Below are positions 1-11,000 of a stretch of DNA of 40,403 nt, in pieces. Origin of the DNA: Macrostomum lignano (Eukaryota); the NCBI GenBank assembly GCA_002269645.1, contig NIVC01004618.1:1-40403 (forward strand). Direction: 5' to 3'. The position numbers and the translations under genes were made by a program. The stretch's first letter is position 1, and the number at the start of each line of letters is the position of its first letter. A model generated the notes under the pieces. That model had not been told where the DNA came from and did no database searches. It worked only from the letters and a program-made list of their open reading frames with translations.

Positions 1-108
1 GAGAGAGAGGCATCAAATAAAGTGTGACATCGAAATAAAGTACATTAACAATGCTGAAGTAACGTTGCTCTCTGAGCGAACTCTTAGCTCTCAATGTATG
101 AATCACAT

Positions 109-1288
109 TCAATGCCCATGTGGGGCTGATTTCTTATTCAGCGAATTCTCCTGCTGTCTGGGCTCAAGTGAGGGAGGCTCAGGTGAGGGAGGCTCAGGTG
201 AGGGAGGCTCAGGTGAGGGAGGCTCAGGTGAGGGGGGCTCAAGTGAGGGGGGCTCAAGTGAGGAGGCTCAGGTGAGGGAGGCTCAAGTGAGGGAGGCTCA
301 GGTGAGGGAGGCTCAAGTGAGGGAGGCTCAGGTGAGAGGCTCAGTGAGGAGGCTCAGGTGAGGGAGGCTCAGGTGAGGAGGCTCAGGTGAGGGAGGCTCA
401 GGTGAGGGAGCTCAGGTGAGGGAGGCTCAGGTGAGGGAGGCTCAGGTGAGGGAGGCTCAGGTGAGGGAGGCTCAGGTGAGGAGGCTCAGGTGAAGAGGTT
501 TTTAGTTTGAATCAGCTGTGGCCTGTGAATTTACACAAAGTGTAATTTTTTTACCTTCAGAGCCTTCAGCTGGTCCTCCAGGTAGCGGTTGAAGTCCTGC
601 TCAGCCTGAAATGCCGACTCAGCGGGTGTCTGTCGATCAGGAGGTTGATGAAGCTGCTGCTGCTGGCCCGCAGCTGCCGATCGTGAGTGGCGATGTAGTC
701 CAGGAGGCCTGAGCTGCCATGCTGGAAGTTCGGCAAGGCAGAGTCGGTGGAGCTGACCGCTAAGTCTCACCCTGACTGCCTGGTCTCACCCTGACTGCCC
801 AGTCTCACCTGACCGCTTAGTCTAACCTCCGAACGACGCTCAGTCTCACCCTTACTGCCCAGTCTCACCCCTGACTGCCCAGTCTCACCCCTGACTGCCC
901 AGTCTCACCCTGACCGCTTAGTCTCACCCCAACCGACGCCCAGTCTCACCCCGTCAATCCGGTCTCATCCAGTGTCTGCGGAGGTGGCAGCCGCACTTTC
1001 CGCTCTCAGCCGCTGCAGCCTCTCGGCCTCAGCCGAGCGCTCGCGCTTCATCAAAGTCGGCCAGCTGCTCAGCCTGCTGCGCCGCTGCCGTTCCGCGTCC
1101 GCCAGCCGCTCGCGGGCCGCCTGCAGCTCCGCCTCGGCCAGCGCCCGCGCCGCCGCTCAGCTTCGCAGCCGCCGGTGGCCGCGGCCGCCCGGGCCTCCGC
1201 CTCAGCCGCGCCGCGCCTCCGCCCGCTTGCGCAGCCCGCGCTGGCGCTCCACCTGCTGCCGCAGCTCCGCCGCGCGCTCCTCACCGGC
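109..1288 (-). CDS. 3' exons of the coiled-coil gene, frameshifted as assembled (about 1288-950, 721-555, possible last exon 150-109)
   Basis: Acceptors CCTCACCAG|1288 and TTCCAG|721; donors 950|GTGAGA and 555|GTAAAA. E/A/R-rich heptad-like peptides (AGEERAAELRQQVERQR, ALAEAELQAARERLADAERQ, AEQDFNRYLEDQLKALK) switch frame several times. The last exon ENSLNKKSAPHGH* is tentative. Confidence 0.5.
161..493. repeat. 15-bp minisatellite (GGCTCAGGTGAGGGA)n, about 22 units
   Basis: Directly visible tandem units with minor variants; explains ORF 65..361. Confidence 0.95.
762..968. repeat. About 20-21-bp intronic minisatellite (CAGTCTCACCCCTGACTGCC)n
   Basis: Degenerate tandem units, visible directly. 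Confidence 0.85.
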
Positions 1289-1550
1289 CTGGTGAGGCAT
1301 GGGTTCGAGGCTTGCTGAGCAAACGGTTGCCTCATAAAAAAATGCCATTTGATCTCTGAATCGTAACCTTCTCAGTTATCGTATCTACTTAAAGTTCAAG
1401 CGTACAGTGGAAAACATCTGTAAGTTCCTTTTGTGAAAGATTCATCGCTTATATTTATAAAACAGGCAAGCTGAGTGACTGCAGTGGACAGTTGACGGTC
1501 AAATTAGTTGATTTTCAAGGGGTGGAGTGTGCGGCTGAAAACAGAGGTAA

Positions 1551-1654
1551 GATTGAAGAGCCAATCAGAAGGCAGCGAGAGGGAGGAAGATTGAAGAGCC
1601 AATCAGAAGGCAGCGAGAGGGAGGGAGATTGAAGAGCCAATCAGAAGGCAGCGA
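1551..1654. repeat. 38-bp minisatellite, left part (3 units), interrupted by the LINE
   Basis: Unit GATTGAAGAGCCAATCAGAAGGCAGCGAGAGGGAGGGA; resumes at 4590. Confidence 0.95.
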
Positions 1655-4589
1655 CTACAAAGGAAAGACCTCGGCGCCGTGGTGGAACCCGGAGCTGGGG
1701 AAACTCAGGCGGAAGGCCAAAAGCCTTCATCGCCGTGCCATGAAGACCGGAAACCCGGAGGACATGGAGCTTTTCCGGCAAGCCTCCCGCAATTTCAAAT
1801 CTGAAGTGCGCAAGGCCAAGGAATGTAAGTGGCGCTAATTCTGCAATGAATTGGATCAAGACAGACCTACTTCTAGGCTTGTCAAGGCCCTTACAATGGA
1901 CAAAATGTCCAAATTAGCCATGATCAAAAAAGATGATGGCTCTCTTACTAAAGACCCTGAAGAAGTGCTTCAGCATATGCTCAGCACATTCTTCCGAGGG
2001 TACCTACTGCTAGACCGGAGCCCAACCATTCGATGGATGGAGCCACCCTAGCGGCGGGCATTGTCACTGAAGACCTAATCGCTCGTGCAGTCAGAACCTT
2101 CAAACCCTTCAAATCTCCTGGACCTGATGGTATCTACCCTGTTCTCCTTCGTGAAGCAGCCAAGATACCCTCGTTCCTGAGACTCACCCGCAATCTTATG
2201 CGGGCCTCTATCCAGCTGGATACGTTCCCAAATGCTGGACTGAAGCTCGGGTAGTCTTTATTCCCAAACCTGGGAAGGGTGACTACCAAAGCGTCAAGGC
2301 CTTTCGGCCTATTAGCTTAACGTCAGCAATGCTTAAGCTCACTGAGAGGCTTATTCTCTGGCGGCTGCTGTCCTGCGAGCTGACAGCGATGCCCCTCAGC
2401 AATAATCAGCACGCCTTCCGTACCGGGAGGTCGACTGACAGCGCCCTGCATGCGATTGTCGAGAAGATTGAAAGGGCGGTACTGGGTGACGGTTACGCTC
2501 TGGCTCTCTTTCTTGACATTGTTGGCGCCTTCGACAACGTTATCTTTGAAGCGTTTCAGAGGGCCCTTCAAAATCGCAAAGCTCATGCTACCCTCATACG
2601 GTGGATCATGTACATGATCTCAAACCGTACGGTCACTGCCCAACTTCTTGGGCAAACTGCCTCCACCAGAGTCTGTAAGGGTGGACCCCAAGGCGGAGTC
2701 CTCACCCCGACGCTCTGGAACCTGGTCATGGACGCTCTTTTGAGTGACTCCCGACCCGACCCCGTCTTCAAAGTCGGGTATGCTGATGACGTCACGGCCA
2801 TTGTGGCAGGACCGTCTCCCAGCACGCTCAGGGATCTGATGCAGAGCTTTATCCGCAAAGCAGAATCCTGGGCCAATGACAATGGTCTGGAACTCTCTGA
2901 GCCCAAAACCGTTGCCATTATGTTTACCAGCAGACTACGCTGGAACATACGTCCTCTGCAGCTCTACGGCAGAGATATTGCCTTCGCGCACCAGACCAGA
3001 TGTCTCGGGGTCATACTTGACCACCGGCTCAACTGGTCCTCCCACGTGAAAGCAAAAGCCAAGCGTGCCTCAGCCATCCTGGCCCAGCTCCGACGAGCAC
3101 TTGGCACTTCTTGGGTCTATCCCCAAAGCGGCTTTGGTGGATCTATACTTCCGTAGTTAGACCTGCCATTACGTACGCCTCTGTTGTCTGGGTTAGCGCT
3201 ACCCAGGTCAAAAGCCATGCAGACCTGCTCAACACGATCCAAGGCAGAGCGTGTAGGCTCATCTGCAACGCCACCAGGTCCACGCCCTTTGCTGGCATGG
3301 GGGCCTTCCTTAATCTTCCGCCTCTTGACCTCTTCATCAGGGGTGAGGCGGCTAGAACGACGCGGCGTCTAATTGATGCCGGCGTCAAATTCATTTACAT
3401 GAGAGCACCTGCTAAGCGGAACCTTGTCCCGCATAGCGATCTGTGCCTCAACTTTCTCAACGAGTGTCAGGCCAATCGCGTCTTCACCGATGGCATTGCC
3501 TCAACGCTCAACCTGAGACAGCGCTACTCCGTAGCTATCGACTCGCGCGATAACATCAATGACCAATGGAACCCTGGTGAGCTTCATTGCTACACCGACG
3601 GTTCTAAGCAGTCAGCCAACACCGGCTTTGGTGTTGGAATCTTTCTGAACGGGAGGGTCATCGCTACCCACGCTCAATACACTGGGGTCAACTCCAGTGT
3701 TTTCCAAAATGAAGTTCTGGCCATCAGCTCCTGCACTGCAGAGCTTCTCGCCACTGGCGTTACGGTAAGAACATCATTTTCCATTCGGACAGCCAAGCTG
3801 CCTTGCACGCCATCAGTGGCTGCAGCACCAACTCTGCTACAGTCCTCGACTGTATCAAACTCCTCAACGTGTTGGGTTCCGCCAACAAAATTACCCTTAA
3901 GTGGGTTCCGGGGCATGTGGGGATCCGAGGAAATGAGTTGGCTGACACCCTTGCAAAAGTTGGTGCCTCCGGCTCCTCTCTCGGCCCCGAACCTCTTGTC
4001 CCGATTCCTGGCTGTGTCATCGACTCGCGCATCAAAGCGTGGATCAGGACTCAGCACCGCTCGACTTGGGCGAACCGCACGAACTGCAGGCAATCCAGAG
4101 GCGCTGTCCCTCAGCCCTCTCACCAGCTCCGGAAGCTTCTCTTGCGCCTCTCGCGCAGAGACATCCGGGCTGCCACCATGACCCTCTCTGGTCACGGCTG
4201 CTTCTCCAGGCACCAGTACCTGCAGGGCAACGCCACCAACGCCACCTGTAGTTTCTGCAACTCAGGTGACGAAACCGCTGAGCATTTCGTCAGCATCTGT
4301 CCCGCCTTCACGCGGGCCAGACTCACTTACCTCGGGCCACACACATCTATTACTGAAGCGCGCAAACCCGAAAACTTTAATCAGCTCATGCGCTACCTTC
4401 GGGCCACCCGCAGGGCTGAACTCTCCTTTCCAGAGAGCACTATAGCTGCTGGCGACACTGGGGGACCTCCCTGGGCGGCGCCAACCCTCCATCCATAGCG
4501 ACGCGTCGGCCGTTCAGGGACTAGCGGAATGGGCGCCCGCGCCTTCCCGCTGTGTCCCCTCCGGGACAGCCCTGCAGCTAAGTCAAGTC
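1655..4589 (+). mobile_element. 5'-truncated non-LTR retrotransposon with RT, RNase H and C-terminal CCHC-like motif (I group, R1/LOA-like), degenerate
   Basis: APWWNPEL; KSPGPDGI; RPISLTS; ALFLDIVGAFDN; GPQGGVLTPTLWN; GYADD; RNase H YTDGSK and LKWVPGHVGIRGNELADTLAK; CSFC-x7-H-x4-C; stop at 4498. (AAGTC)2 tail. TSD AAGGCAGCGA at 1645-1654 and 4590-4599. One internal stop and about 4 frameshifts; no endonuclease or ORF1. Confidence 0.93.
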
Positions 4590-5012
4590 AAGGCAGCGAG
4601 AGGGAGGGAGATTGAAGAGCCAATCAGAAGGCAGCGAGAGGGAGGGAGATTGAAGAGCCAATCAGAAAGCAGCGAGAGGGAGGCAGATTGAAGAGCCAAT
4701 AAGAAGGCAGCGAGAGGGAGGGAGATTGAAGAGCCAATCAGAAGGCAGCGAGGAGGGAGATTGAAGAGCCAATCAGAAGGCAGTGAGAGGGAGGCAGATT
4801 GAAGAGCCAATCAGAAGGCAGCGAGAGGGAGGGAGATTGAAGAGCCAATCAGAAGGCAGCGAGAGGGAGGGAGATTGAAGAGCCAATTAGAAGGCAGCGA
4901 GAGGGAGGGAGATTGAAGAGCCAATCAGAAGGCAGCGAGAGGGAGGGAGATTGAAGAGCCAATCAGAAGGCAGCGAGAGGGAAGGAGATTGAAGAGCCAA
5001 TCAGAAGGCAGC
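4590..5012. repeat. 38-bp minisatellite, right part (about 11 units)
   Basis: Same unit as 1551-1654. Confidence 0.95.
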
Positions 5013-5040
5013 GTTGTTAATTAAATCAACAGCGACACAC

Positions 5041-8000
5041 CTGCTCCGCCCGCTCGTGCAGCTGCTGCTCCTGCAGCTTCGCCTCCGCCGCCCGCTCGGC
5101 CGCCGACTTCTCGGCCTCCACCGTGGAGCGCATCGACCGCAGTGCCTGCCGCAGCCTGGCGTTCTCCGCTGCAGCCGCCTCGGCTGCCGCCGCCGCCCGT
5201 GCCCGCTCGGCTCGCAGCTCCTGCAGCTGCCGCCGCAGCTCCGCGGCCTCCTCCGAGCGCCGCTCCTCCGTCGAGCCGCGCGCCGCCAGCCGCTCGAGGT
5301 CGGCCTGAAGTTCCGTGGTGCGAGCCCGCAGCCCGGCTTCTGAGCGCTGTAGGTCGGCAAGTTCCGTCTCCCGGCGCCCGAGGTCCGCCTGCACCGCCTC
5401 CAGCTGAGCCTCCAGGGCCGACACCTGCGATAGGGCACCGGCCGCCTGCGGCACCGCGGATTGAGTGGCTTAGGATTAAGGTAATATCTCTGTTACTCTT
5501 CCTCGTTCTCGTGTTTCAACATCTCAGCATCTTTCATCCTCACCTGCTCCTGCATCCCCAGCTTTCCTCAACCTCACCTGTTCCTGAGCCCGCCTAGCAG
5601 CTTCCCTCGCCTCAGCGACCAGCGTCTCAGCCGCCGTGACGCGGCGCCTTTCCCGCTCCTCCACGGCTGCGCAGTGCGCCAGCAGCCGCGCCGCTTCCGT
5701 GACGGCCTCCTCGCGCCCAGCGCCGGCGTCATCCAGCAGGTTGCGCTGACGACCCTCGGAGTCGCGCAGCTGCCGCACCTGAGATGGACCGATTGGCGGG
5801 CAAGTAGGCGTTAAACTTGAAGCAAAATTCTCTTCTGAGTCAACTGCAGACAGTTTCGTGTGACCTCACCTGACCCCGTAGGTCGGCCACCTCCGCCCTC
5901 AGCCGGGCACCGGCCTCACCCGCCTCGCGCGCTTGCGCCTCCGCAGCCGCAAGCTGCACCCGCAGAGAGGCGGCCGCAGCCTCCGCGTTGCCGGCCCGGT
6001 CCAGCCGCTCCTGGAGCTGCTCCACCTGCGTCTGCAGGCGGCCCCGCTCGAAGGCCAGCCGCTGTCGGCCCTCCGTGAGCTCGCGCAGCCGGCCCTCGAC
6101 GTCCGAGCCGCCGCCGCCTCCGCCAGCGTCGCCTCCGCAGGCCCGCAGGCGCTCGAGGAGGCCGGCGTTTTCCGCCTCCAGCTGGTCGCGGGCGGCCTCC
6201 GCCTCGGCCAGGCGGGTCTGCAGGCGGCCCACGGCCGAGTCCAGGCGGTCCCGTTCCGAGGTCATGTCGCCCAGGGCCGAGGACACCCGGTCCTGCGGAT
6301 GCGAGTTTGCCGGTCAGTGCCGCGGTTGAAGCATTCGGGCATCACCAGCTTAGGCCTGCGTAACTGACTGAACTAGCTGGAGCTCAAACGCAGAGTTTTT
6401 TCTAAAATCGAGCCCATAAATAGACGCGTTGAGCAACTCCGCTAACGCTAACCCGCAAAAATTGGAACACCCTGAAGACTCAGCTCGGCAGTAGGGTTAG
6501 TATGGGTGCCCAGCTACCAGCTGCTCAGCAATGCTGCCCACCACCTTTCCCCAGTCGGCATTTCACCTGCTTTCCCGACTACCCGACCAGAAAGTGCTTC
6601 AAACCGGTTACCTGCAGCCCCCGCTTGTCCGCCTGCAGCTGCTGGGCGCTTCTCTCCAGGCCTCTCGCCCGCTCCCTCTCCGCCTCCAATTGTGCAGCCG
6701 TCTCCGCCAGGCGCCTCTCCGCCGCTCCAGCCTCTGACCTGGCTTCATCCAGCTGCGCCTCCAGCTGGTCGGCCAGCCGCTCCTGCCGCCTCAGCGCCTC
6801 GCGCAGCTCGATCAGCCGCCCGTCCCGCTCGTGGCCTTCGCGCAGAGCTCGAACCTCGGCCTGCAGGCCGGCCGCCTCCTCCGCCGCCTCCGCGACCGCC
6901 CGCTGCAGCCGCGCCTCCGTCGAGCGTCGCGTCGCTTCCGCCTCCGCAGCCGAGCGCTCCGCCGCCTCCTTGGCCTCGCGGGCCTGCGCCGCCTCCTCGG
7001 TCAGACGGCGCCGCTCCGCCTCCCAGTCGGCTGCTGAGGAGGCGGCCGCTGACTGCAGCCGCTGCCGCTCGGCCTCCAGCGCTGCCTGGCGGGTCTCCAG
7101 GCGGGACACCTCGGCGCGGCTCCGCTCCGCTTCTGCGCTGGCCTGCGCTCGCTGATGGATTTATTGACGGCGGCAGTTGAGGATTCGAGTGGGAAGGTGC
7201 ACCGGATTCCAGGTTGGAACTAATGTTTCAGGTTCCCAGGTTCCAGTTTCCAACCGGGTTCCAGGTTCCATCCAGGTCCCAGGTATCAATCAGGTTCCAT
7301 TCAGGTCACAGGTATCAATCAGGTTCCATTCAGGTCACAGGTATCAATCAGGATCCATTCAGGTCACAGGTATCAATCAGGATCCATTCAGGTCACAGGT
7401 ATCAATCAGGTTTCATTCAGGTTCCAAGTATCAGTCAGGTCCTTGGTATCAATCAGGTCCCAGGTATCAATCAGGTCCCAGGTATCAATCAGGTCCCAGG
7501 TATCAATCAGGTCCCAGGTATCAATCAGGTTCTAGGTATCAATCAGGTTCCAGGTATCAATCAGGTTCCAGGTATCAATCAGGTCCCAGGTATCAATCAG
7601 GTTCTAGGTATCAATCAGGTTCCAGGTATCAATCAGGTCCCAGGTATCAATCAGGTTCCAGGTATCAATCAGGTTCCAGGTATCAATCAGGTCCCAGGTA
7701 TCAATCAGGTTCTAGGTATCAATCAGGTTCCAGGTATCAATCAGGTCCCAGGTATCAATCAGGTTCCAGGTATCAATCAGGTTCCAGGTATCAATCAGGT
7801 CACAGGTCCCAAGGTATCAATCAATCAGGTTCCATCCCGATCAAAGTTATCGATCGGTTCTATTCAAGTCACAGGTATCAATCAGGTCCCAGGTATCAAT
7901 CAGGTCCCAGGTATCAATTAGGTCACAGGTATCAATCAGGTCACAGGTCCCAAGGTATTAATCAGGTTCCATCCAGGTCCCAAGGTATCAATCAGGTTCC

Positions 8001-11000
8001 ATCCAGGTCCCAAGGTATCAATCAGGTTCCATCCAGGTCCCAAGGTATCAATCAGGTTCCATCCAGGTCCCAAGGTATCTGTGGCGGAAAGTGCAATTCA
8101 TTATTTTCAATCAATTACTCCATCTCAATCTGCGCCGACTCTATTATGCCCGCACATTGATTTTCTCCAAATACGCCCGTATCGATTTAATGTACGCAAA
8201 TGCGATGTACGCAAGCCAGGTGAACTTACTCTTTTTTACACGGCCTTCATTAACTATTTAATAAATAAACTGTAGCCCAGTGAGGCTCGGATCGTGTTTT
8301 TTTGTGCATAGCGCAGCGTCGCTAAAAGTTCAATCCAAATTGACTACAATTCAACTACATGGCGCCCGAACAGTGAAATTCTACTAGCTATGATTCAGCA
8401 AACCGCGCTTTGAGGTTCAGGCTTGGGATCGGAGCTACAGGAATCGTCTGAATCTGCTCAACAGTTCCTACGTCTTCAAGGCTCCTGTCGGCATCCGTTT
8501 CTGGGTCCTGAGGTTCATCAACAAGAGCATCTTCGTGAAACTCCTTCGGCTGCGCGGACTTGTTGAGAAATTTTCTGTTTTTTGCTAATTCATTTGACTT
8601 ATAATCAAATTTCCCGTTTGTGTTTTTAAGCGAAGATTAGTTTTTTGTTAGATTATACCCACTGTCTTTTTTGCTCTTCTCGTGCCTCATATCTGCTCGG
8701 CTTTTGCTTCCTTCTTTCTTTCATCTGTCCTCTCGCCTGTCTCTGCTCTGTTTTTCTCAGCCTTTGATGGAGGAGTTCAAGAAAGACCGCGCTGTGCTGC
8801 GTCGTTCGGCTACGTTGCTGGTGGAAAAGATTCAGGCGGTTTTGGCTGGAGCAGAGAAATCAGAGGATGAGGTAAATGGTTTGCTGCGCTTGGTGGTGAC
8901 GAAGAAAACTGAGCTGGAAAAAGTCGACAAGCAGATTTTGCGCGAATTTGTTACAGACGATGGTGAGCCAACTGACAAGCTGCAGGAAGAGACGGAAAAA
9001 TGTGACGAGTATATGCTCAAATTAGAAAGAGCGGCTGCAGGTCTAGAGCGGATTCAGGAGAAAAGATTTAAACCGGTGGCTGCCCCATCTTCAATTGGTT
9101 CAGGAAGCCCAGCGTCAGCTGTCGGTTCCAAAGTAATACCAGAGACGGCTGATCGCAAGTGCAATGTGAAGCTGCCGAAGATGAGTCTGCCTATTTTTGA
9201 CGGGAGCGATCCAACTCAGTGGCCCAACTTTAGTTCGCAGTTCAACTCATCAATCCACCAGAATTTGCATCTGTCAGATGTCGAAAAATTTTCATATCTT
9301 CAGAGCTGTCTAAAGGGTGAAGCACGACGATGCATCGAGAACTTTAAACTTACGACGGGTGACTACCACAACGCCTGGGAGTTGCTGGAAGATAGGTATG
9401 GGTCTCCAGATAACCTCATTCAACACTTCATGAAGAGGCTCGAGACAGTCCGATGCGCGTGCGATTCCACTGTAGCTCTACGCTCATTCTTAGACGTCGT
9501 GAGATCCAGCGTCCGAGCCCTAGAAACTTTAGGAGTGGCTACAAACAACTACGAAGTGCTACTTCTGCCGAATCTGGAAGCTAAGCTGCCCGGATCAATT
9601 CGCGCTGACGTCATGCGCCCAATTCTGACTAGAACTTATAGAAAACCGTCAAATCTGGAAAACTTCTTAGATGCACTCGACGACGAAATTAAACTCCGTG
9701 ATCGATGTGCCCTGGGCTCAGGCAGATCAGGCGACCAAAGCCGACACACGCCAGAGATACGTTGTTCTGTAGCAGGACCTACTCAGAAGTTTTCATGCGA
9801 CCAAGATTCGCATCCCTCTTCGTTCGTCACGCATCATCCGGCGTCAAAGGAGCAGAACAAAGCAGCAGAGAGTCAGCAATCGGATTCAGCGCAAAATTCC
9901 GTTTCGTGCACTTACTGTCGTCAGGGTCACTATTCCGATTCTTGCACGGTTGTTCCCACAGCAAAGGAGAGGATAGAGATTCTGAAAAAGGAGAGACGCT
10001 GCTTTTGCTGCCTACGACCGAACCATCCTTCCAGTCAGTGTCGATCGAAGAGAGCTTGTCGCCATTGCGGTAAAATGCATCACCCGAGCGTCTGCCTGAC
10101 TTCCCATCCTGGCGAAGCGCATCCTGCGATGACGAAAGTGGGAGCTGGGCACGTAGATCAGCAGAAAATAGTAACTCCACCGAACTGCAGTAGCACAACA
10201 GCCGTGACCATACCATGCGAGGACAAGACAATCTCTGAGAGTCAATCCCTTGTCGTGCACTCCAATCCTGCAGTGATCATGCCGACTGCTAAGTGTCTCA
10301 TCATCAGTTCGGATGGCAAAACCGAAGTTCTGGTCCGTGCGCTCTTTGACACCGCCAGCAATAAAACTTATATCAGACAAGATTTAAGTCTGCAGCTGGA
10401 CCTTGCAGTTGAGGCAACGGAAATTTTGCGGGTCAACACATTTGGATCCAGCAGCACTGAATTCACATCAAGCATCGTCAGATTTAGCATTCGCAAAGCC
10501 AACTCTCTGGACGAAGATTATGTGACTCTGAGAGGCTACACGACTCCTCGGATCTGCGAACCTCAGGCATCGGCGATGTGCGACGCTCATCCAGAACTCC
10601 AGCGTCTTGATCTGGCGGATCCATTTGACCCTCGCGATGCTAATGAGCCGATATCTATCTTGATTGGTGCCGATTGCTACTATGATTTGGTGGACGGCGA
10701 CATCATTAGAACAGTGAGCGGCAATGGTCCAGTCGCCGTTAAGAGCAAACTTGGCTATCTGGTCACCGGCAGATTGAGAATTGCTGACACGCTTTGTGCT
10801 TCCTCGTCCGCATGCGCGATGCACTGTTCCGGAGAATCCCTAATGGAGGGTATGCTGGCAGATTCCACAAGCAGTGAACTAGATCCGGTGAGGGCGAAAC
10901 GGCCATTCCCTCCAAGTCTGGAATTTGAGCAAGGTAGATACTCCATCGGTCTGCCATTCAGGGATGGATGTCGAAAACTTCTCAGTGACAATTTTGGTCT

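Noticed and set aside
161-493. About 20 CAG|GTGAG donor consensus copies on the plus strand
   Set aside because: No plus-strand exon precedes them, and the host gene is on the minus strand.
7177-8160. Long repetitive ORFs (PRYQSG/VPGINQ; also 65..361, 27458..28509, 32228..32966)
   Set aside because: They are translations of intronic minisatellites that lack stops, with no splice or start support.
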